A stretch of DNA of 64,000 nucleotides, taken from assembly GCF_009914755.1 (NCBI RefSeq), contig NC_060939.1, one strand, 5' to 3'. This document shows positions 55,501-64,000 of this stretch, piece after piece. The notes beneath the pieces were generated by a model. The model searched no databases. It was not told the origin of the DNA and worked only from the letters and a program-made list of their open reading frames with translations. How positions within the stretch are numbered: position 1 is the stretch's first letter; each line of letters starts with the position of its first letter. The DNA is from the human T2T-CHM13v2.0 reference genome, Homo sapiens. A program made the translations under genes and the position numbers.

Positions 55501-57760
55501 TACATTCCATGCGATTCCATTCGAAATCGAATCAATTACATTGCAATCCATTACTATTGAGTCCGTTTTATTCCAGTCCACTGCATTCTGGTCCATTCCA
55601 TTTGATTCCATTCCATTTTATTCCATTCCATACAGTTGCATTCCATTGGATTCCATGCTATATCTATAAATTCAATTCGAGACCATTGCTTTTGAGTCCA
55701 TTCTATATGTTTCCATTCCATTCAAGTCCATTACATTTGGTTCAATTCCATTCCATTCCATTCCCTTCCATTCCATTCCAGTTGATATCAATCCATTCGA
55801 TTCCATTCCATTCGAGCACATTCCATTCGAGTCCATTCCATTCAATGCCATTCCATTTGATTCTATTCCATTAGTCTCCATTCAATTCCATTAATCTCCA
55901 TTCCATTCCATTCTACTCCAACTGATTCCATTCCATTCTATTCCTTTCCATTCCATTTCATTCCATTCCATTCCATTTCATTCCAATCCATTCCATTCGC
56001 TTCCATTCCATTCGTGTCCATTCCACTCCAGTCCATTCCATTTGTGTCCACTGCATTCCATTCCACTCCATTCCATATTATTCCATTACACTCCATTCCA
56101 TTCTATTACTTTCATTTCCATTCAATTCCATTCCATTTGATTCCATTCCACTCGGTTTCATTCCATTTGAGTCCACTCCATTCCATTCCATTCCATTCCA
56201 TTCAGTTCCATTCCATTCTGTTCCATTGCATTCCATTCCATTCGGTACCATTCCATATTGTTCCATTCGATTCCATTCGAATCCATTCCATTCCAGTCCA
56301 TTCCATTCGATTCCATTCCATTCCTTTCAATTCCATTCCATTCCATTCCACTTGATTCCACTCCATTCCCTTCCACTGCATTCCATTCGATTCCATTCCA
56401 TTGCATTGCATTCCATTCCATTGGACTGCATTCCATTCGATTCCATTCCATTCAAATCAATTACATAGCAATCCATTACATTCTAGTCTATTCTATTCCG
56501 TTCCATTCGATTTCGTTCCAATCCATTCGATTCCATTCCATTCGATTCCATTCCATACTATTGCATTCCATTCTATTACATTATATTCGAATAATTTCCA
56601 TTCAAGACCATTTCTTTTGAGTCCATTCTATTTGAGTCCATTCCCTTTGATTCCATAACATTTGAGTCCATTCAATTCCATTCCTTTCGTTTGCATTCCA
56701 TTTGATGCCATTCCATTCAATTCTGTTCTACTCGACTCCAATACATTCAATTCCATTCCATCCGATTCCATTACATTCTTTTCATTTCTTATCCATTTCA
56801 AGCCATTCCACTCCATTCCATTCCACTCGTTTCCTTTCCATTCGAGTCCATTCCTCTCCAGTCCATTCCGTTCAATCCATTCCATTCCAGTCCATTCCAT
56901 TCGAGTCCGTTCCATTCCAGTCCATTCCATTCGAGTCAATTCCATTCCATTCGATGTCTTTCCATAACGATCCATTCCATTCTATTCCTTTCGATTCCAT
57001 TCCATTCTATTTCATTCCATTCGATTCCCTTCCATTGGACTCCTTTCCATTCGAGTTCATTCCATTCCGTTCCATTTCTTTCCGTTCTGTACGATTCCTA
57101 CCGTTCGATTTCATTTTGTTCCAGTCCATTCCTTTCGCGTCCATTCCATTCCACTCCATTCGATTCCATTCCACTCGATTCCACTTCGTTCCATTTCATT
57201 GCATTCCATTCTATTCAACTCTATTGCCTTCCATTCCATTCCATTCGATTACATTCCATGCGATTCCATTCGAAATCGAATCAATTACATTGCAATCCAT
57301 TACTATTGAGTCCGTTTTATTCCAGTCCACTGCATTCTGGTCCATTCCATTTGATTCCATTCCATTTTATTCCATTCCATACAGTTGCATTCCATTGGAT
57401 TCCATGCTATATCTATAAATTCAATTCGAGACCATTGCTTTTGAGTCCATTCTATATGTTTCCATTCCATTCAAGTCCATTACATTTGGTTCAATTCCAT
57501 TCCATTCCATTCCCTTCCATTCCATTCCAGTTGATATCAATCCATTCGATTCCATTCCATTCGAGCACATTCCATTCGAGTCCATTCCATTCGAAGCCAT
57601 TCCATTTGATTCTATTCCATTAGTCTCCATTCAATTCCAATAATCTCCATTCCATTCCATTCTACTCCAACTGATTCCATTCCATTCTATTCCTTTCCAT
57701 TCCATTTCATTCCATTCCATTCCATTTCATTCCATTCCATTCCATTCGCTTCCATTCCAT
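43501..57760 (+). repeat. Mosaic higher-order zone with 7161-, 5352- and 3563-bp duplication offsets
   Basis: 44224/45290/47049 match 51385/52451/54210 (offset 7161). 43501 matches 48853 (offset 5352). 51385/52451 match 54948/56014 (offset 3563). Confidence 0.8.
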
Positions 57761-60249
57761 TCGTGTCCATTCCACTCCAGTCCATTCCTTTTGTGTCCAC
57801 TGCATTCCATTCCACTCCATTCCATATTATTCCATTACACTCCATTCCATTCTATTACTTTCATTTCCATTCAATTCCATTCCATTTGATTCCATTCCAC
57901 TCGGTTTCATTCCATTTGAGTCCACTCCATTCCATTCCATTCCATTCCATTCAGTTCCATTCTATTCTGTTCCATTCCATTCCGTTCCATTGCATTCCAT
58001 TCCATTCGGTACCATTCCATATTGTTCCATTCGATTCCATTCGAATCCATTCCATTCCAGTCCATTCCATTCGATTCCATTCCATTCCTTTCCATTCCAT
58101 TCCATTCCATTCCATTCCATTCCATTCCATTCCACTTGATTCCACTCCATTCCCTTCCACTGCATTCCATTCGATTCCATTCCATTGCATTGCATTCCAT
58201 TCCATTGGACTGCATTCCTTTCGATTCCATTCCATTCGAATCAATTACATAGCAATCCATTACATTCGAGTCTATTCTATTCCGTTCCATTCGATTTCTT
58301 TCCAATCCATTCGATTCCATTCCATTCGATTCCATTCCATACTATTGCATTCCATTCGATTACATTATATTCGAATAAGTTCCATTCAAGACCATTTCTT
58401 TTGAGTCCATTCTATTTGAGTCCATTCCCTTTGATTCCATAACATTTGAGTCCATTCAATTCCATTCCTTTCGTTTCCATTCCATTTGATGCCATTCCAT
58501 TCAATTCTGTTCTACTCGACTCCAATACATTCAATTCCATTCCATCCGATTCCATTACATTCTTTTCATTTCTTATCCATTTCAAGCCATTCCACTCCAT
58601 TCCATTCCACTCGTTTCCTTTCCATTCGAGTCCATTCCTCTCCAGTCCATTCCGTTCAATCCATTCCATTCCAGTCCATTCCATTCGAGTCCGTTCCATT
58701 CCAGTCCATTCCATTCGAGTCAATTCCATCCCATTCGATGTCTTTCCATAACGATCCATTCCATTCTATTCCTTTCGATTCCATTCCATTCTATTTCATT
58801 CCATTCGATTCCCTTCCATTGGACTCCTTTCCATTCGAGTGCATTCCATTCCGTTCCATTTCTTTCCGTTCTGTACGATTCCTACCGTTCGATTTCATTT
58901 TGTTCCAGTCCATTCCTTTCGCGTCCATTCCATTCCATTTCACTCCATTCGATTCCATTCCACTCGATTCCACTTCGTTCCATTTCATTGCATTCCATTC
59001 TATTCAACTCTATTGCCTTCCATTCCATTCCATTCGATTACATTCCATGCGATTCCATTCGAAATCGAATCAATTACATTGCAATCCATTACTATTGAGT
59101 CCATTTTATTCCAGTCCACTGCATTCTGGTCCATTCCATTTGATTCCATTCCATTCTATTCCATTCCATACAGTTGCATTCCATTGGATTCCATTCTATA
59201 TCTATAAATTCAATTCGAGACCATTGCTTTTGAGTCCATTCTATATGATTCCATTCCATTCAAGTCCATTACATTTGGTTCAATTCCATTCCATTCCATT
59301 CCCTTCCATTCCATTCCAGTTGATATCAATCCATTCGATTGAATTCCATTCGAGCACATTCCATTCGAGTCCATTCCATTCGATGCCATTCCATTTGATT
59401 CTATTCCATTAGTCTCCATTCAATTCCATTAATCTCCATTCCATTCCATTCTACTCCAACTGATTCCATTCCATTCTATTCCTTTCCATTCCATTTCATT
59501 CCATTCCATTCCATTTCATTCCATTCCATTCCATTCGCTTCCATTCCATTCGTGTCCATTCCACTCCAGTCCATTCCATTCGTGTCCATTCCATTCCAGT
59601 CCATTCCATTTGTGTCCACTGCATTCCATTCCACTCCATTCCATATTATTCCATTACACTCCATTCCATTCTATTACTTTCATTTCCATTCAATTCCATT
59701 CCATTTGATTCCATTCCACTCGGTTTCATTCCATTTGAGTCCACTCCATTCCATTCCATTCCATTCCATTCCATTCAGTTCCATTCCATTCTGTTCCATT
59801 CCATTCCGTTCCATTGCATTCCATTCCATTCGGTACCATTCCATATTGTTCCATTCGATTCCATTCGAATCCATTCCATTCCAGTCCATTCCATTCGATT
59901 CCATTCCATTCCTTTCAATTCCATTCCATTCCATTCCATTCCACTTGATTCCACTCCATTCCCTTCCACTGCATTCCATTCGATTCCATTCCATTGCATT
60001 GCATTCCATTCCATTGGACTGCATTCCATTCGATTCCATTCCATTCGAATCAATTACATAGCAATCCATTACATTCGAGTCTATTCTATTCCGTTCCATT
60101 CGATTTCGTTCCAATCCATTCGATTCCATTCCATTCGATTCCATTCCATACTATTGCATTCCATTCGATTACATTATATTCGAATAAGTTCCATTCAAGA
60201 CCATTTCTTTTGAGTCCATTCTATTTGAGTCCATTCCCTTTGATTCCAT

Positions 60250-63200
60250 ATCATTTGAGTCCATTCAATTCCATTCCTTTCGTTTGCATTCCATTTGATG
60301 CCATTCCATTCAATTCTGTTCTACTCGACTCCAATACATTCAATTCCATTCCATCCGATTCCATTACATTCTTTTCATTTCTTATCAATTTCAAGCCATT
60401 CCACTCCATTCCATTCCACTCGTTTCCTTTCCTTTCGCGTCCATTCCTCTCCAGTCCATTCCGTTCAATCCATTCCATTCCAGTCCATTCCATTCGAGTC
60501 CGTTCCATTCCAGTCCATTCCATTCGAGTCAATTCCATTCCATTCGATGTCTTTCCATAACGATCCATTCCATTCTATTCCTTTCGATTCCATTCCATTC
60601 TATTTCATTCCATTCGATTCCCTTCCATTGGACTCCTTTCCATTCGAGTGCATTCCATTCCGTTCCATTTCTTTCCGTTCTGTACGATTCCTACCGTTCG
60701 ATTTCATTTTGTTCCAGTCCATTCTTTCGCGTCCATTCCATTCCATTTCACTCCATTCGAATCCATTCCACTCGATTCCACTTCGTTCCATTTCATTGCA
60801 TTCCATTCTATTCAACTCTATTGCCTTCCATTCCATTCCATTCGATTACATTCCATGCGATTCCATTCGAAATCGAATCAATTACATTGCAATCCATTAC
60901 TATTGAGTCCGTTTTATTCCAGTCCACTGCATTCTGGTCCATTCCATTTGATTCCATTCCATTCTATTCCATTCCATACAGTTGCATTCCATTGGATTCC
61001 ATGCTATGTCTATAAATTCAATTCGAGACCATTGCTTTTGAGTCCATTCTATATGATTCCATTCCATTCAAGTCCATTACATTTGGTTCAATTCCATTCC
61101 ATTCCATTCCCTTCCATTCCATTCCAGTTGATACCAATCCATTCGATTCCATTCCATTCGAGCACATTCCATTCGAGTCCATTCCATTCGATGCCATTCC
61201 ATTTGATTCTATTCCATTAGTCTCCATTCAATTCCATTAATCTCCATTCCATTCCATTCTACTCCAACTGATTCCATTCCATTCTATTCCTTTCCATTCC
61301 ATTTCATTCCATTCCATTCCATTTCATTCCATTCCATTCCATTCGCTTCCATTCCATTCGTGTCCATTCCACTCCAGTCCATTCCATTTGTGTCCACTGC
61401 ATTCCATTCCACTCCATTCCATATTATTCCATTACACTCCATTCCATTCTATTACTTTCATTTCCATTCAATTCCATTCCATTTGATTCCATTCCACTCG
61501 GTTTCATTCCATTTGAGTCCACTCCATTCCATTCCATTCCATTCCATTCCATTCAGTTCCATTCTATTCTGTTCCATTCCATTCCGTTCCATTGCATTCC
61601 ATTCCATTCGGTACCATTCCATATTGTTCCATTCGATTCCATTCGAATCCATTCCATTCCAGTCCATTCCATTCGATTCCATTCCATTCCTTTCAATTCC
61701 ATTCCATTCCATTCCATTCCACTTGATTCCACTCCATTCCCTTCCACTGCATTCCATTCGATTCCATTCCATTGCATTGCATTCCATTCCATTGGACTGC
61801 ATTCCATTCGATTCCATTCCATTCGAATCAATTACATAGCAATCCATTACATTCGAGTCTATTCTATTCCGTTCCATTCGATTTCGTTCCAATCCATTCG
61901 ATTCCATTCCATTCGATTCCATTCCATACTATTGCATTCCATTCGATTACATTATATTCGAATAAGTTCCATTCAAGACCATTTCTTTTGAGTCCATTCT
62001 ATTTGAGTCCATTCCCTTTGATTCCATATCATTTGAGTCCATTCAATTCCATTCCTTTCGTTTGCATTCCATTTGATGCCATTCCATTCAATTCTGTTCT
62101 ACTCGACTCCAATACATTCAATTCCATTCCATCCGATTCCATTACATTCTTTTCATTTCTTATCCATTTCAAGCCATTCCACTCCATTCCATTCCACTCG
62201 TTTCCTTTCCTTTCGCGTCCATTCCTCTCCAGTCCATTCCGTTCAATCCATTCCATTCCAGTCCATTCCATTCGAGTCCGTTCCATTCCAGTCCATTCCA
62301 TTCGAGTCAATTCCATTCCATTCGATGTCTTTCCATAACGATCCATTCCATTCTATTCCTTTCGATTCCATTCCATTCTATTTCATTCCATTCGATTCCC
62401 TTCCATTGGACTCCTTTCCATTCGAGTGCATTCCATTCCGTTCCATTTCTTTCCGTTCTGTACGATTCCTACCGTTCGATTTCATTTTGTTCCAGTCCAT
62501 TCTTTCGCGTCCATTCCATTCCATTTCACTCCATTCGAATCCATTCCACTCGATTCCACTTCGTTCCATTTCATTGCATTCCATTCTATTCAACTCTATT
62601 GCCTTCCATTCCATTCCATTCGATTACATTCCATGCGATTCCATTCGAAATCGAATCAATTACATTGCAATCCATTACTATTGAGTCCGTTTTATTCCAG
62701 TCCACTGCATTCTGGTCCATTCCATTTGATTCCATTCCATTCTATTCCATTCCATACAGTTGCATTCCATTGGATTCCATGCTATGTCTATAAATTCAAT
62801 TCGAGACCATTGCTTTTGAGTCCATTCTATATGATTCCATTCCATTCAAGTCCATTACATTTGGTTCAATTCCATTCCATTCCATTCCCTTCCATTCCAT
62901 TCCAGTTGATACCAATCCATTCGATTCCATTCCATTCGAGCACATTCCATTCGAGTCCATTCCATTCGATGCCATTCCATTTGATTCTATTCCATTAGTC
63001 TCCATTCAATTCCATTAATCTCCATTCCATTCCATTCTACTCCAACTGATTCCATTCCATTCTATTCCTTTCCATTCCATTTCATTCCATTCCATTCCAT
63101 TTCATTCCATTCCATTCCATTCGCTTCCATTCCATTCGTGTCCATTCCACTCCAGTCCATTCCATTTGTGTCCACTGCATTCCATTCCACTCCATTCCAT

Positions 63201-64000
63201 ATTATTCCATTACACTCCATTCCATTCTATTACTTTCATTTCCATTCAATTCCATTCCATTTGATTCCATTCCACTCGGTTTCATTCCATTTGAGTCCAC
63301 TCCATTCCATTCCATTCCATTCCATTCCATTCAGTTCCATTCTATTCTGTTCCATTCCATTCCGTTCCATTGCATTCCATTCCATTCGGTACCATTCCAT
63401 ATTGTTCCATTCGATTCCATTCGAATCCATTCCATTCCAGTCCATTCCATTCGATTCCATTCCATTCCTTTCAATTCCATTCCATTCCATTCCATTCCAC
63501 TTGATTCCACTCCATTCCCTTCCACTGCATTCCATTCGATTCCATTCCATTGCATTGCATTCCATTCCATTGGACTGCATTCCATTCGATTCCATTCCAT
63601 TCGAATCAATTACATAGCAATCCATTACATTCGAGTCTATTCTATTCCGTTCCATTCGATTTCGTTCCAATCCATTCGATTCCATTCCATTCGATTCCAT
63701 TCCATACTATTGCATTCCATTCGATTACATTATATTCGAATAAGTTCCATTCAAGACCATTTCTTTTGAGTCCATTCTATTTGAGTCCATTCCCTTTGAT
63801 TCCATATCATTTGAGTCCATTCAATTCCATTCCTTTCGTTTGCATTCCATTTGATGCCATTCCATTCAATTCTGTTCTACTCGACTCCAATACATTCAAT
63901 TCCATTCCATCCGATTCCATTACATTCTTTTCATTTCTTATCCATTTCAAGCCATTCCACTCCATTCCATTCCACTCGTTTCCTTTCCTTTCGCGTCCAT
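60250..64000 (+). repeat. 1778-bp monomer variant, tandemly amplified and running off the window end
   Basis: 60295->62073 and 61360->63138 are both 1778 bp. Shared alleles: 'ccatatcatt', 'cctttcgcgtcc', the 1-bp deletion 'attctttcgc', 'gctatgtct', GATACC (EcoRV lost) and the 30-bp deletion. Confidence 0.9.

Larger units (their letters stand above)
1..64000 (+). repeat. Human satellite III (HSat3) array: diverged (CATTC)n pentamers in ~1.8-kb tandem units; probably the D15Z1/HSat3A5-type array of chromosome 15 short arm
   Basis: CATTC/ATTCC dominates every line, with CATTCGATTC, GAGTC and CAGTC variants. The landmark 'cGTGTCCATTCCACTCCAG' recurs at 219, 2028, 3832, 5631, 7435, 9243, 11047, 12871, 14670, 16474, 18273, 20077, 21876, 23700, 25509, 27298, 29111, 30880, 32684, 34473, 36280, 38089, 39893, 41697, 43501, 45290, 47049, 48853, 50642, 52451, 54210, 56014, 57763, 59552, 61360 and 63138 (spacings 1749-1824 bp, mode 1804). 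The HSat3 call is near certain. The D15Z1/chr15 assignment rests on the 1.8-kb period plus one KpnI site per unit and is less certain (about 0.75). Confidence 0.97.

Noticed and set aside
1-64000. CRISPR array or prokaryotic/phage repeat system
   Set aside because: There are no constant repeats separated by unique spacers and no cas or other genes. The sequence between landmarks is itself repeated.
1-64000. Human satellite II (1.77-kb chr1 unit), DYZ1 or alpha satellite
   Set aside because: Long CATTC runs dominate and the recurrent HSat2 'GATGATTCCATTCGA' motif is absent. The basic period is 1.8 kb rather than a heterogeneous ~3.6 kb. There is no 171-bp monomer and I saw no CENP-B box.
1-64000. 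Canonical heat-shock elements (inverted nGAAn arrays)
   Set aside because: The GAA pentamers are head-to-tail on one strand, and I did not find TTCnnGAAnnTTC by eye. HSF1 association with HSat3 is documented mainly for 9q12 and cannot be inferred here.
1-64000. Embedded Alu/L1/LTR fragments, telomeric repeats, tRNA/rRNA genes or a strand inversion
   Set aside because: All landmark spacings are within 1749-1824 bp, which leaves no room for an insertion. There are no poly(A) tails, TTAGGG runs or plus-strand GGAAT tracts.

Overview
The whole 64-kb window is one uninterrupted, single-orientation array of human-type classical satellite III (HSat3), built from diverged (CATTC)n pentamers (GGAAT on the minus strand). 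The pentamers are organised into a ~1.8-kb unit (modal 1804 bp, range 1749-1824; about 35.6 copies). The consensus unit carries one KpnI site (GGTACC), which matches the classic description of the chromosome 15p D15Z1 / HSat3A5-type array; that assignment is an inference and was not checked by alignment. I see no genes, RNA genes, transposons, CRISPR arrays or inversions. All ORFs in the track (HSIPF../MEWNG..) are by-products of a stop-free pentamer. What is informative is the internal architecture. (1) The 1.8-kb unit contains an old internal duplication at an offset of 829 bp and three fixed pentamer phase slips. (2) Shared variants divide the array into domains: 4-mer and 2-mer higher-order repeats up to ~26.5 kb, a diverged zone at ~27-37 kb, a near-identical monomer block at ~37-43.5 kb, a 2/3/4-mer mosaic at ~43.5-57.7 kb, and a 1778-bp variant starting at ~60.2 kb. 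(3) There are recombinant units, compensating 15-bp indels, KpnI/NdeI/EcoRV/EcoRI site polymorphisms, and a minus-strand AATAAA in nearly every unit. I found no convincing evidence of a new protein-coding system. All variant calls were read by eye, and the functional ideas are hypotheses.
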